From the NCBI GenBank assembly GCA_965250005.1, contig OZ252279.1:990001-1022000 (forward strand): a DNA stretch of 32,000 nucleotides. The letters are read 5' to 3'. The DNA is from Demequinaceae bacterium (GTDB lineage Bacteria > Actinomycetota > Actinomycetes > Actinomycetales > Demequinaceae). Positions 16,910 to 26,100 of this stretch are shown here, in pieces. Position 1 is the stretch's first letter; each line of letters starts with the position of its first letter. Below the pieces are notes generated by a model. That model searched no databases. It was not told where the DNA came from and was given only the letters and a program-made list of their open reading frames with translations. A program made the position numbers and the translations under genes.

Positions 16910-18202
16910 ATGTACATCACTGGCCGCGCGTTCGGATTCGCCCTGGCGGGGCTGATTCCTACGATCGCGCTCGAGTCTGGCGCCGTGGCGTGGGCGTGGG
17001 CCGGTCTGACCCTTTTCCTGTGCTTACTCGACGCGGGGCTGTCGCCTTCGCCGCGCGGTATCGGCGTGCGGCGCGACGCGCCGGCGTCCGTCCGGCTGTC
17101 GGAGAGCACTTCATCTCAGATCACCATCCTTAACCTCGCTCGTCGTCCGGTGCGCGGGACTATCCGAGACGCGTGGCCCCCGTCCGCAGGAGCTACTCAG
17201 AATCGATTCGATTTTACGCTAGGCATAGACGAGAGTGACCACTTCAACACCGAATTGGTCCCCACGCGCCGCGGCGACCGCGTGGCGGGCGACGTCACGC
17301 TGCGGCTGCTCGGTCCCATGGGCCTCGCCGGAAGGCAGCTCTCCGTTGACGTTCCTGCGCACACGCGCGTGCTTCCGGAGTTCGCGTCGCGCAAGCACCT
17401 GCCATCGCGCTTGGCTCGTCTGCGCGAGCTCGACGGCAAGTCCGCCGTTCAAATCCGTGGCGCAGGCAGCGAGTTCGACTCACTACGCGAGTACGTCATG
17501 GGCGACGACGTCCGCTCCATCGACTGGCGCGCCACGGCGAGGCGCAACGACGTGGTGGTGCGCACCTGGCGCCCCGAGCGCGACCGACACGTGTTCATTA
17601 TGCTCGACACCTCGCGCACAGCGGCTGCGCGCATCGGCAACACGCCCCGACTCGACGCGTCGATCGAAGCGGCCCTGCTGCTGTCGGCACTCGCGTCCCA
17701 TGCGGGCGACCGCGTGCAAATCGTGGCGTTTGACCGGGAAGCGCGAACCCGCGTCTCGGGCTTGACTGGCTCGGCGCTGATGCCGGCCGTCGCCGACCGC
17801 CTTGCGCCCATCGACCCACTCCTTGTCGAGATGGATTGGATCGCCGCCTTTCAGGAGATCCGGGGCGCTATCAACCAGCGGGCGCTTGTCGTGCTGCTAA
17901 CGGCGCTAGACCCGGCTGCGGCCGAGTCAGGGCTACTGCGAGCAGTGGCGCCCCTGACGCGCAAGCACCAGGTGCTCGTCGCTTCGGTATCAGACCCCGA
18001 ACACGCGCGGTTGCTGGCCGGGCGCCGCGACATCCTTGAGATCTACGGCGCGGCGGCAGCGACCCGCGCGGAACTTGAGCGCCAGGCCATGGCGGTGCGG
18101 CTTCGCAACCAGGGTGCCGAGGTAGTCAACGCGGGGCCCGACGAACTTGCCCCGGCCGTCGCCGACGCCTACATCGCGCTCAAGGCCGCTGGGAAACTCT
18201 AG
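16910..18202 (+). CDS. DUF58 protein (VWA-like, MoxR partner)
   Basis: ATG 16910 lies 4 nt after the MoxR TAA. It has two N-terminal TM helices. Motifs seen: GSEFDSLREYVMGDDVRSIDWRATAR (DUF58 signature) and a MIDAS-like VFIMLDTSRT. Confidence 0.85.
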   Translation: MYITGRAFGFALAGLIPTIALESGAVAWAWAGLTLFLCLLDAGLSPSPRGIGVRRDAPASVRLSESTSSQITILNLARRPVRGTIRDAWPPSAGATQNRFDFTLGIDESDHFNTELVPTRRGDRVAGDVTLRLLGPMGLAGRQLSVDVPAHTRVLPEFASRKHLPSRLARLRELDGKSAVQIRGAGSEFDSLREYVMGDDVRSIDWRATARRNDVVVRTWRPERDRHVFIMLDTSRTAAARIGNTPRLDASIEAALLLSALASHAGDRVQIVAFDREARTRVSGLTGSALMPAVADRLAPIDPLLVEMDWIAAFQEIRGAINQRALVVLLTALDPAAAESGLLRAVAPLTRKHQVLVASVSDPEHARLLAGRRDILEIYGAAAATRAELERQAMAVRLRNQGAEVVNAGPDELAPAVADAYIALKAAGKL

Positions 18203-18224
18203 CAGCCGTGCGCTCGCGGGCCGG

Positions 18225-19223
18225 TTACGCTGCGACCGGCGCGTAGTCCTCGCGATTGTCACGCGACACGTCGCCCGTGTAGCCCGCCATGGTTGCGCGC
18301 TTGCCGAACCAAAAAACATAGAACCAAAAACCCGCGAGGGCGAGCACTCCGATGGCATCCTTCACCACCCACGGAAGCACTGCACTACCAGTCACAAAGC
18401 CCTCGATGAGGCCCGCCACCATGAGGATGTACACCAGCCCGAGCATCGCAGCGCCGACAACGCGCCCCTCCTCCGCCATCGCCCGCAGACGCGGGCGACC
18501 CCCAGGAACGAACAGCGCCCAAAAGAGCCTTAGCCCAGCGGCCCCGGCAACCCAGATGGCGGTCAGCTCGAGCAGGCCGTGAGGAATGATCAATTGGAAG
18601 AAGACGTCAAGGGAATCGAATTCGTACATCACCGCCGCTATGCCACCTACGTTCACCGCGTTCTGAAACTGAATGTATACCGTGAAGAACCCAGTGAACC
18701 CACCCGCAACCGAAAGCGCGGCCACCCATGTGTTGTTAGTCCATACGCTCGCGAAGAACGAACTGCTCGGGTACTCCTCGTAGTAGTACGCGAACTGTTC
18801 GTTGGCGAGTTCCTCACGCGCTTCATAGTTTCCCAACAGTTCCAGCAACTCGGGGTTCGCGCTGAAATGCCACGCGACGGCACCCCCGACTAGCAGGAAC
18901 CCTGCCATGACGCCAATAGTGAGCCAGCGGAGCCGATAGAGCGCAGCGGGCACCCGGTACAGCATGAAGTCGAGCGTGTCGCGCCACACAGGCTCGCGCG
19001 CTCCCGCGAGCGCCGCACGCGCATTCGCTAACAGCGTCGACAGCCGGGAAATCATGACCGGATCGGGGGCGGTGGAGCGCACGGCTGACAGGTCCGTGGC
19101 GGTGAGCTGGTAGAGCCGCGCAAGTTCGTCGGCCTCTTCGCCTCGCAACCGTCGCTGCGATGCTAGACGTTGGAGCCTGTCCCACCGAGGCTCCCGAACG
19201 GCCGCATATGAGTCGAGGTCCAT
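18225..19223 (-). CDS. SpoIIM-like polytopic membrane protein
   Basis: It has an N-terminal cytoplasmic helical region (MDLDSYAAVREPRWDRLQRL...) followed by about 6 TM helices. The start is uncertain: ATG 19223, or upstream ATGs up to 19289. It is divergent from the RDD gene. Confidence 0.7.
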   Translation of the reverse strand: MDLDSYAAVREPRWDRLQRLASQRRLRGEEADELARLYQLTATDLSAVRSTAPDPVMISRLSTLLANARAALAGAREPVWRDTLDFMLYRVPAALYRLRWLTIGVMAGFLLVGGAVAWHFSANPELLELLGNYEAREELANEQFAYYYEEYPSSSFFASVWTNNTWVAALSVAGGFTGFFTVYIQFQNAVNVGGIAAVMYEFDSLDVFFQLIIPHGLLELTAIWVAGAAGLRLFWALFVPGGRPRLRAMAEEGRVVGAAMLGLVYILMVAGLIEGFVTGSAVLPWVVKDAIGVLALAGFWFYVFWFGKRATMAGYTGDVSRDNREDYAPVAA

Positions 19224-19260
19224 ACGGGATACGATGCCACAAACAACGAGAGGGGGCTGC

Positions 19261-20091
19261 ATGTCCATCAGCGAAGATGAGTTCATCATTGGCGAGGGCG
19301 TCGTACTCGATGCCGCCGCCGCGACCGTTGGCCTGCGGTTCTTGGCCGGGCTCCTCGATATTGTGATTCTCGGCGTCGTCTACTGGTTCACCTTGGTCGC
19401 GTTCGGCATCGGTGGACTGTTCTCCGTCGACTTCGCTCTCTTCTCTGCGCTCCTCCTCGCCCACTTCGTCGCAGTGTTTGTCGGCATTCCCGTGACGATC
19501 GAGACGCTAACGCGCGGCCGAAGCGTGGGCAAACTGGCCGCAGGAATCCGCATCGTTCGCGACGACGGCGGCCCGATTGGCTTTCGCCAAGCTTTTGTGC
19601 GCGCGCTCGTCGGTTTGATCGAGTCCTGGCTTACGTTCGGCTCCGTCGCTTTCCTCACGTCGCTGGTGTCAAAGCGCAGCAAGCGCGTCGGCGACATGTT
19701 CGCAGGGACGTATGCGCTGCGTGTGCGAGGCCCGCGACACGTGGCCGCGGCGCTGTACATTCCGCCCGCGTTGCAGGCTTGGTCCACTACCGCCGACATC
19801 CGTAGGCTCCCGGACGGCCTTGCACTACAGGCCCGTCAGTTTTTGTCGCGCGCGGCAACTCTCTCGCCCGCGTCGCGCGCGCACTTCGGCACCCTGTTCC
19901 AGTCGAAGGTCGCGCCGTACGTCGCGCCCCCGCCCCCAGTCGAGACGCACCCCGAGACGTTCCTCATGGCCGTGTTGGCCACGCGCCGGGACCGCGAGTA
20001 CGCGATCGCCGTGGAGCACATGCGTGCGGACGCCGAGCAGTCGAAGGGTGTGCAACGACTCCCGTTCGGCGTTCCCGACGTGTCCGACTAG
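19261..20091 (+). CDS. RDD-family membrane protein
   Basis: I chose ATG 19261 (the track ORF starts at 19234). It has TM helices and the family-defining RDD motif (GIRIVRDDGGPIGFRQAF). Confidence 0.75.
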   Translation: MSISEDEFIIGEGVVLDAAAATVGLRFLAGLLDIVILGVVYWFTLVAFGIGGLFSVDFALFSALLLAHFVAVFVGIPVTIETLTRGRSVGKLAAGIRIVRDDGGPIGFRQAFVRALVGLIESWLTFGSVAFLTSLVSKRSKRVGDMFAGTYALRVRGPRHVAAALYIPPALQAWSTTADIRRLPDGLALQARQFLSRAATLSPASRAHFGTLFQSKVAPYVAPPPPVETHPETFLMAVLATRRDREYAIAVEHMRADAEQSKGVQRLPFGVPDVSD

Positions 20092-20108
20092 CCGCTAGTA
20101 GCGGTAGT
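20087..20108. terminator. imperfect palindrome between the convergent RDD and ahcY genes (possible bidirectional terminator)
   Basis: The sequence is ACTA-g-CCGCTA-g-TAGCGG-TAGT. It contains both stop codons (TAG 20089-20091 and, on the minus strand, TAG at 20095-20097). There is no U-tract, and the central pairs cannot all form. Confidence 0.3.
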
Positions 20109-21546
20109 GATCAGGCTTGAACGGCCCCTCGACTTTGACGCCGATGTAATCGGCCTGCTCGGGCGTGAGCTCCGTGAGCCGCACCCCGAGCGGGTCGAGG
20201 TGCATGCGGGCAACTTTCTCGTCCAGCACCTTGGGCAACCGGTGGACGCCCAGCGGGTAGGCGTCGATGTTGGTCCACAATTCGATCTGCGCGAGCACCT
20301 GGTTCGCGAACGACGTGCTCATCACGAACGACGGATGCCCCGTTGCGTTGCCAAGGTTTAGCAGGCGGCCCTCGCTCAGCACGATCACGCTGTGGCCGTC
20401 GGCGAACACCCACTCGTCCACTTGCGGCTTGACGGGGACGTGCTTCGCTCCGGTCGCGGCGAGCCCGGCCATGTCTATCTCGTTGTCGAAGTGGCCCACG
20501 TTGCCCACCACAGCTTTGTCCTTCATCGCAGCCATGTGTGCGGCCGTGATGATGCCGAAGTTGCCGGTGGTGGTGATGAAGAAGTCCGCTGTCTCGACCA
20601 CGTCGTCGATGCGCGCGACCTGGTAGCCGTCCATCGCGGCCTGGAGCGCACAAATGGGATCGACCTCGGCGACGATCACGCGAGCGCCCTGTCCGCGCAG
20701 CGCCTCCGCCGCTCCCTTGCCCACGTCCCCGTATCCGGCGACCATCGCGACTTTGCCGCCAATCAGCATGTCGGTGCCGCGCATCAGGCCATCGGGAAGC
20801 GAGTGCCGGATGCCGTAGCGGTTATCGAACTTGGACTTGGTCACGGAGTCGTTGACGTTGATCGCGGGGAACAGCAGCTCGCCGCGCTCGTGGAGCTGGG
20901 CAAGGCGGTGCACGCCGGTGGTCGTCTCTTCGCTGGTGCCCACGATTCCAGCCGCCATGCGCGTGAACCGTTTGGGGTCCGTGGCGAGCGACCGCCGCAG
21001 CACGCCGTGCATGGCCTCCAACTCGGCCACGTAGCCCTGCTCCGCGGGATCGACCGGCGCGGGTACCTCTCCAGCTGCCTCTGCCTTGACTCCTTCGTGG
21101 ACCAGGAGCGTCGCGTCAGCGCCGTCGTCAAGGATCACGTTTGGGCCGGCCTCGCTTGGCCAGGTGAGAATCCGGTCGGTGTAATCCCAGTACTCCTCGA
21201 GCGTCTCGCCCTTGACGGCGAAGACAGGCACTCCGGCGGGCTCGTCGAGCGTGCCGGAGCCAATCGCTACCGCCGCCGCCGCGTCATCCTGGGTGGAAAA
21301 GATGTTGCACGACGCCCAGCGCACGTCCGCTCCCAGCGCCGTGAGGGTCTCGATCAGCACGGCGGTCTGGACCGTCATGTGGAGCGAGCCGGCGATGCGC
21401 GCACCCTTGAGCGGCTGCGTTGGCCCAAACTCGTCGCGCAGCGCCATGAGGCCGGGCATCTCGTGCTCCGCGAGCGCTATCTGGTGGCGTCCAGCCTCAG
21501 CCAGTGTTATGTCGGCGACAACGAAGTCGGCCTTGGGGTCGGTCAC
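20095..21546 (-). CDS. ahcY: adenosylhomocysteinase
   Basis: 483 aa. It has the NAD-binding motif [12 protein letters not shown] and conserved SAHH motifs throughout ([21 protein letters not shown]). Its GTG start overlaps the CDF gene stop (GTGA at 21543-21546). Confidence 0.96.
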   Translation of the reverse strand: MTDPKADFVVADITLAEAGRHQIALAEHEMPGLMALRDEFGPTQPLKGARIAGSLHMTVQTAVLIETLTALGADVRWASCNIFSTQDDAAAAVAIGSGTLDEPAGVPVFAVKGETLEEYWDYTDRILTWPSEAGPNVILDDGADATLLVHEGVKAEAAGEVPAPVDPAEQGYVAELEAMHGVLRRSLATDPKRFTRMAAGIVGTSEETTTGVHRLAQLHERGELLFPAINVNDSVTKSKFDNRYGIRHSLPDGLMRGTDMLIGGKVAMVAGYGDVGKGAAEALRGQGARVIVAEVDPICALQAAMDGYQVARIDDVVETADFFITTTGNFGIITAAHMAAMKDKAVVGNVGHFDNEIDMAGLAATGAKHVPVKPQVDEWVFADGHSVIVLSEGRLLNLGNATGHPSFVMSTSFANQVLAQIELWTNIDAYPLGVHRLPKVLDEKVARMHLDPLGVRLTELTPEQADYIGVKVEGPFKPDHYRY

Positions 21547-22478
21547 TTGGCGCCCTTCTTTTTGGCCGGCGCACGCAACACGTCCGGCTCGAGGTAGATG
21601 AGCCTGGCGGCGGGAACCACGGCGCGGATGGCCGCCTCCGCGTCGTCGATCATTCTCGCGACGGTCACCAGCGTGGCCTTGGCCGGAACGGCCACCTTGG
21701 CGGCGACCAGCACGTCCTCGGGACCCAAGTGCAGGGTCCGCATGTGAATGATTTCTCCCAACTCAGAATCGCGCAACGCCTTGCGAATTTTGCGGACGTC
21801 CTCCGGGGTGGCCGATTCGCCCATCAGCATCGACTTGGTCTCGATGGCGAGAACCACGGCAACGACGCCAAGCAGGAGCCCGATTGCGGCCGTGCCGAAC
21901 GCGTCCCAAATGCCATCACCAGTGATCAGCGTGAGCCCCACGCCCACGAGCGCCAAAACTAGGCCGATGAGTGCGGCGAAATCCTCCAGCAGGATTACCG
22001 GGAGCTCAGGGCTGCGCGACCTCTTGATGAACTGCGGGAACGTCGCGTTTCCGCGCACCTTGTTGGATTCGCGGATGGCAGTGCGGAACGACAGTCCCTC
22101 AAGCACGATGCCGACAGTGAGCACGACGATCGGCACCCAGTGCCACGACTCGATAGGCGTAGGGTGCTGGAACTTGTGCCACGCCTCGTACAGCGCGTAG
22201 AGGCCCCCGAGCGTGAAGAGCACCACGGCCACCAAAAACGCGTAGTAGTACCGGGCGCGCCCGTAGCCGAACGGATGGTCCGCGGTCTCCTCTCGCTTGG
22301 CGCGCTTGCCTCCCACCAACAAGAGCACCTGGTTGCCTGAGTCGGCGACGGAGTGCACCGACTCCGCGAGCATCGATGACGCGCCCGTCAGCAAGTACGC
22401 GACAAACTTCGTTACCGCAAGTCCCATATTGGCGGTGAGAGCCGCCATGATCGCTTTGGTTCCACCTTCTGTTGCCAC
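21543..22478 (-). CDS. cation diffusion facilitator (CDF) metal efflux transporter
   Basis: I chose GTG 22478, 4 nt after the manB stop. The N-terminus [21 protein letters not shown] and the motif [13 protein letters not shown] are typical of CDF TM1/TM2. It has a C-terminal cytoplasmic domain. Confidence 0.88.
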   Translation of the reverse strand: MATEGGTKAIMAALTANMGLAVTKFVAYLLTGASSMLAESVHSVADSGNQVLLLVGGKRAKREETADHPFGYGRARYYYAFLVAVVLFTLGGLYALYEAWHKFQHPTPIESWHWVPIVVLTVGIVLEGLSFRTAIRESNKVRGNATFPQFIKRSRSPELPVILLEDFAALIGLVLALVGVGLTLITGDGIWDAFGTAAIGLLLGVVAVVLAIETKSMLMGESATPEDVRKIRKALRDSELGEIIHMRTLHLGPEDVLVAAKVAVPAKATLVTVARMIDDAEAAIRAVVPAARLIYLEPDVLRAPAKKKGAK

Positions 22479-22482
22479 GCGT

Positions 22483-23910
22483 CTAACCCTCTTCCCTAAC
22501 GGCGGCAAGCGCCCGATCACGCACGTCCTCCATGACGGCACGCGAGGCGGCCTCGACATTGACCCGAATCACGGGCTCGGTGTTGGAAGCCCGGACGCTC
22601 AACCACCACTTTGGCTCGGTCGCCCAGTGGCTCACGAAGAGCCCGTCGAACTCGTCGGCCTCGACGCCGTCTTGGCCATCGACGAACTCCGCGCGGATGC
22701 GCTCGATCGCCTGGCCAACGTCAGGGACGCGGGAATTGATCTCTCCCGAGTTTGCGTACGGGTCGTAGGTCTGGAGAATCTCGCTCAGCGGCGCGGCCTG
22801 CTCGCCCAGTGCCGACAGCACATGCATCGCGGCCAGCATGCCCGAGTCGGCGTACCAAAAATCGCGGAAGTAGAAGTGTGCACTGTGCTCGCCGCCGAAT
22901 ACCGCGTTGTGCTCCGCCATGAGCGCCTTGACATTGCTATGGCCCACCTTGGAGCGCACGGTCACGCCGCCAGCATCTCCAATCAACTCCTGAACCGCCA
23001 TCGACGACACCACGTTGTGAATCACCGTAGGCGTGGCGCCTGCGGCGAGTTCGCGGGCGGTCTCGCGCAGGCCCACGAGCGCCGTGACGGTCGAGGCCTT
23101 GACCACTTGCCCGCGCTCGTCCACCGCGAAGCACCGGTCCGCGTCGCCGTCGAACGCAAGCCCGATGTCGGCCCCGTGCTCCTTGACGGCCGCCTGCAGG
23201 TCGACCAGGTTCTTCTCTTCGAGCGGGTTTGCTTCGTGGTTGGGAAACGTGCCGTCGAGTTCGAAGTAGAGCGGGACGATGTCGAGGGGAAGCTCGGGCA
23301 GCCCCGCTGCCGTTCCGAGCACGGCGGGCACGGTGTATCCGCCCATGGCGTTGGCGGCGTCAACGACAACCTTGAGCGGGCGCACCCGACTGAGGTCAAC
23401 AAGCCCACGCAGAAAGCTTGCGTATTCCGCGAGGGTGTCGTGGTCGCGACTCACCCCGCGCTGGTCCGCGGAGGGGATACCTTCGACCAAATAGGTGGCG
23501 GTGAGGTCGCGAATCTCTGCGAGCCCCGAATTTTCGCCAACCGCGCGCGCGAGCGCCCGGCAAAGTTTGATGCCGTTGTACTCGGCAGGATTGTGGCTCG
23601 CGGTGATCATCGCGCCCGGAATGTCGAGAGCGCCTGAGGCGTGGTACAGCCCGTCGGTCGAGCACATGCCGATCACGACAGCGTTAATCCCGCGTTCGTT
23701 GAGCCCATCGACGAACGCGGCGGTAAGCGCAAGGCCGGATTCCCGCATGTCTCGCCCAATAGCGACTTCGGCAAAGCCATCAGGAATGACCACAACGTCG
23801 GCGAACGCAGCAGCGATTGCGCGCACGACGTCATCGGTCAGGCTGTCGCCAACGATGCCGCGCACGTCGTACGACTTGATGAGGTCAGAAAGGTCGGGTT
23901 TGTTGGTCAC
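22483..23910 (-). CDS. manB: phosphomannomutase/phosphoglucomutase
   Basis: 475 aa. Motifs seen: the active-site loop TASHNPAEYNGIK, the Mg loop FDGDADRCF, and GGEHSAH. Its position matches the actinobacterial manB/pmmA locus. Substrate preference cannot be read from the sequence. Confidence 0.9.
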   Translation of the reverse strand: MTNKPDLSDLIKSYDVRGIVGDSLTDDVVRAIAAAFADVVVIPDGFAEVAIGRDMRESGLALTAAFVDGLNERGINAVVIGMCSTDGLYHASGALDIPGAMITASHNPAEYNGIKLCRALARAVGENSGLAEIRDLTATYLVEGIPSADQRGVSRDHDTLAEYASFLRGLVDLSRVRPLKVVVDAANAMGGYTVPAVLGTAAGLPELPLDIVPLYFELDGTFPNHEANPLEEKNLVDLQAAVKEHGADIGLAFDGDADRCFAVDERGQVVKASTVTALVGLRETARELAAGATPTVIHNVVSSMAVQELIGDAGGVTVRSKVGHSNVKALMAEHNAVFGGEHSAHFYFRDFWYADSGMLAAMHVLSALGEQAAPLSEILQTYDPYANSGEINSRVPDVGQAIERIRAEFVDGQDGVEADEFDGLFVSHWATEPKWWLSVRASNTEPVIRVNVEAASRAVMEDVRDRALAAVREEG

Positions 23911-23942
23911 GGAACTACGGTAGTCGCCTCGCGCGCGTTGGA

Positions 23943-24293
23943 CTACACCACGCGAAGGTGCCCTCTGCGGGGCGGCTCTTTCTCCGCCACAGGCAGACCC
24001 GTGGTCTCGGGGTCGGGTTCGCGGCTCTTGCCCGCCTCGCGGACCGCGTGCGCCAGCGCGTCGATGTCATCGGCCGAGGGCGGCGGTTCCGCGAACTCTT
24101 GCTGTATCCGCACCACGTCCCAGCCGCGGGGCGCAGAGAACCGCTCGGCATGGCGCGCGCACATGTCGTACGCGTGCGGCTCAGCGTGCTGAGCGAGAGA
24201 TCCGACCACTACCGTCGAATCGGCGTATACGTACGTCAGCGTGGCCGCTGCGGGCGCGCCACAGGAAGTTTTGGAGCAGTGCCGAGTACTCAT
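23943..24293 (-). CDS. DUF3499 protein
   Basis: 116 aa from ATG 24293: MSTRHCSKTSCGAPAAATLTYVYADSTVVVGSLAQHAEPHAYDMCARHAERFSAPRGWDVVR. The 239-aa track ORF is a 5' over-extension. Confidence 0.8.
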   Translation of the reverse strand: MSTRHCSKTSCGAPAAATLTYVYADSTVVVGSLAQHAEPHAYDMCARHAERFSAPRGWDVVRIQQEFAEPPPSADDIDALAHAVREAGKSREPDPETTGLPVAEKEPPRRGHLRVV

Positions 24294-24367
24294 CACATTT
24301 CGGACGCTACCCTCGCAACAGCGCACGACCGGGGCACCACGCCGGGCCACAGCGCTAGGGTCGCCAT

Positions 24368-24769
24368 ATGAGCGGTCGCGATAGGCATGGACGGGGACTT
24401 CGACGCCCCCTCTTGCCCCCCGAGTCGCCCGGTCGCCGCACCAATCGCAAGCAGTTCGACGACACGGTAGCCGCTTGTGCCGCCAATCTCGAGAAACGTT
24501 GGGGTGACGCGTGGGGAACAGTCGAGTTTGCCGTTGAGGAGGTCCCTCCGTCCACACCCGCGGCGTGGGAGACCGGGATACCGCTCGGGAGGCTTTTCCC
24601 CGCTGACGCAGGTCAGCCCGCTCGCATCGTCGTCTATCGCAAGCCCGTGGAACAGCGTGCAATTGACCGCGAAGACCTAAGCGGGCTCGTACGGGACGTG
24701 ATCACGGACAACGTGGCTCACCTACTAGGAAAGCCTCCGCGCGAGGTCGACCCCACCTACGGCTCCTAG
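24368..24769 (+). CDS. Zincin_1 (DUF1025)-like protein lacking the HExxH motif
   Basis: 133 aa. It aligns by eye to the actinobacterial metallopeptidase-family protein normally found here, but it reads VITDNVAHLLG where that family has VVHEIAHHFG. Its stop overlaps the convergent DUF5719 stop (CTAG at 24766-24769). Confidence 0.65.
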   Translation: MSGRDRHGRGLRRPLLPPESPGRRTNRKQFDDTVAACAANLEKRWGDAWGTVEFAVEEVPPSTPAAWETGIPLGRLFPADAGQPARIVVYRKPVEQRAIDREDLSGLVRDVITDNVAHLLGKPPREVDPTYGS

Positions 24770-26100
24770 CGGCCCGAAGAGTATGTGGCTGGCGCGACCG
24801 ATATTGGCAGCGCCTCGATGGTAACGTCCGTTGGCTCGACCGCCGTCGCGAATCCCGGTTCATCCTCGACAATCACCACCCACGAGACGGCGCCATCGAC
24901 ACGAATCAGCGCGCCGCTGGAGACGGTGAGCGGCATGTGTATCGCGGTGCCCGCGAGCATGTCGCGCTCGAGCACTACGACGTTCCGGCGCACGTCGACC
25001 ACCTCGAGCGTGGTCGCTTCGTACGCGTACGCGTCCACCCAGCGCTCGTAATGAGGAACCATCAGCTGCAGGTCCCGGTCGTCACGGCGTGGCTGCGCGG
25101 CCACCCAAACGAAATCGCGAGCGACATCGTCCTCGAGGCCTTCTTCGGGCGCTCGCGAGCGTTGAGAGAACGCTGCTGCAATCACCGGTGCGTCTGCTTC
25201 GATCACCACTGCTCCGCCGTCCACATCAGGAACCGTCAGATCCACGACGGTGCCCGCTTCGAGTTCCAGCGTCTGGATGCCGGGCCACGCGACCTCTCCG
25301 AGCCTGTCGAATAGTCGCAAGGAGACGTCAGCACCATCGGGGGCGAGCAGACGGACGACCGAGGAACCTGCTCCGTCGGCGTCACTCGGACCGACGGCCG
25401 AGATCACGAGGCTCATCGCAGGCTGAGGCGACGGGCCGACCCAGTCGGATCCTGCGGGCAGGAAGCCGTCGAGCCTGGAATCTTGAAGGGCCGCAACGAC
25501 TCCGGCGGCACTCGCCTCGACGTGGACGACAATAGCGAAGAGCTCTGCGGCGACGCCCTCGAGCAGAAGTGCCTGTTGAGCGCCCGCGCCCACAGCCGTG
25601 AAAACTTGGCGGCTAACGGCACCAGCCGGGCCGTGGATCGTAATGGTGACCTCGCTTGGCGATGTCGTGGGATTGGTCAGAACCATGCGGACGCTATTTC
25701 CTCGCGTCGTGGCGCCGCCGACCAGCCAAGCATCGTTCGTCGGCTCGGTACACGCGAGCGCAGCAAGCCCGGCGATGTCTCCCGTGCCCACGCGTTCAAT
25801 CGACGTGGACAACTCGCTCTGACTCGCCCACCCGGCGCCCACGGCCACAGGATCGGCCGCGCTCGTCGCGTACAGGCTGAATCGAATGTCGTTTGACCCC
25901 GCACCGATTTGCCCGCTCGCGGCGCCCGGATCGCCCACGGGAAGCACCATCGAACCGGGACAGGCAAGTGGCTGGTCGCCGGGAACAACGTCCACGACTG
26001 ACACCCGCCCTGCGGCGGGTGGGTACGTTGTGGGCACGACCACCACCGCGGCGATCACTGCGGCAGCGACTGCGAGCGTTCCCACGGCCCGGGCAATCAC
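24766..26100 (-). CDS. DUF5719-like membrane-anchored extracytoplasmic protein
   Basis: GTG 26100 overlaps the stop of the upstream glycosyltransferase (GTGA at 26097-26100). It has an N-terminal TM (LAVAAAVIAAVVVV) followed by about 410 aa of beta-rich V/A/G/D sequence. Confidence 0.7.
   Translation of the reverse strand: MIARAVGTLAVAAAVIAAVVVVPTTYPPAAGRVSVVDVVPGDQPLACPGSMVLPVGDPGAASGQIGAGSNDIRFSLYATSAADPVAVGAGWASQSELSTSIERVGTGDIAGLAALACTEPTNDAWLVGGATTRGNSVRMVLTNPTTSPSEVTITIHGPAGAVSRQVFTAVGAGAQQALLLEGVAAELFAIVVHVEASAAGVVAALQDSRLDGFLPAGSDWVGPSPQPAMSLVISAVGPSDADGAGSSVVRLLAPDGADVSLRLFDRLGEVAWPGIQTLELEAGTVVDLTVPDVDGGAVVIEADAPVIAAAFSQRSRAPEEGLEDDVARDFVWVAAQPRRDDRDLQLMVPHYERWVDAYAYEATTLEVVDVRRNVVVLERDMLAGTAIHMPLTVSSGALIRVDGAVSWVVIVEDEPGFATAVEPTDVTIEALPISVAPATYSSGR

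Noticed and set aside
18220-18240. GCCGGT-N9-ACCGGC stem-loop between or overlapping the convergent DUF58 and SpoIIM-like gene ends.
   Set aside because: The stem is only 6 bp with a 9-nt loop, lies mostly inside coding sequence and has no U-tract. It is indistinguishable from chance GC-rich complementarity.
18225-19223. The SpoIIM-like and ComF-like (8067-8798) names could imply sporulation or natural competence systems.
   Set aside because: These are family names only. No other sporulation or competence machinery is present, and both families are widespread in non-sporulating, non-competent actinobacteria.
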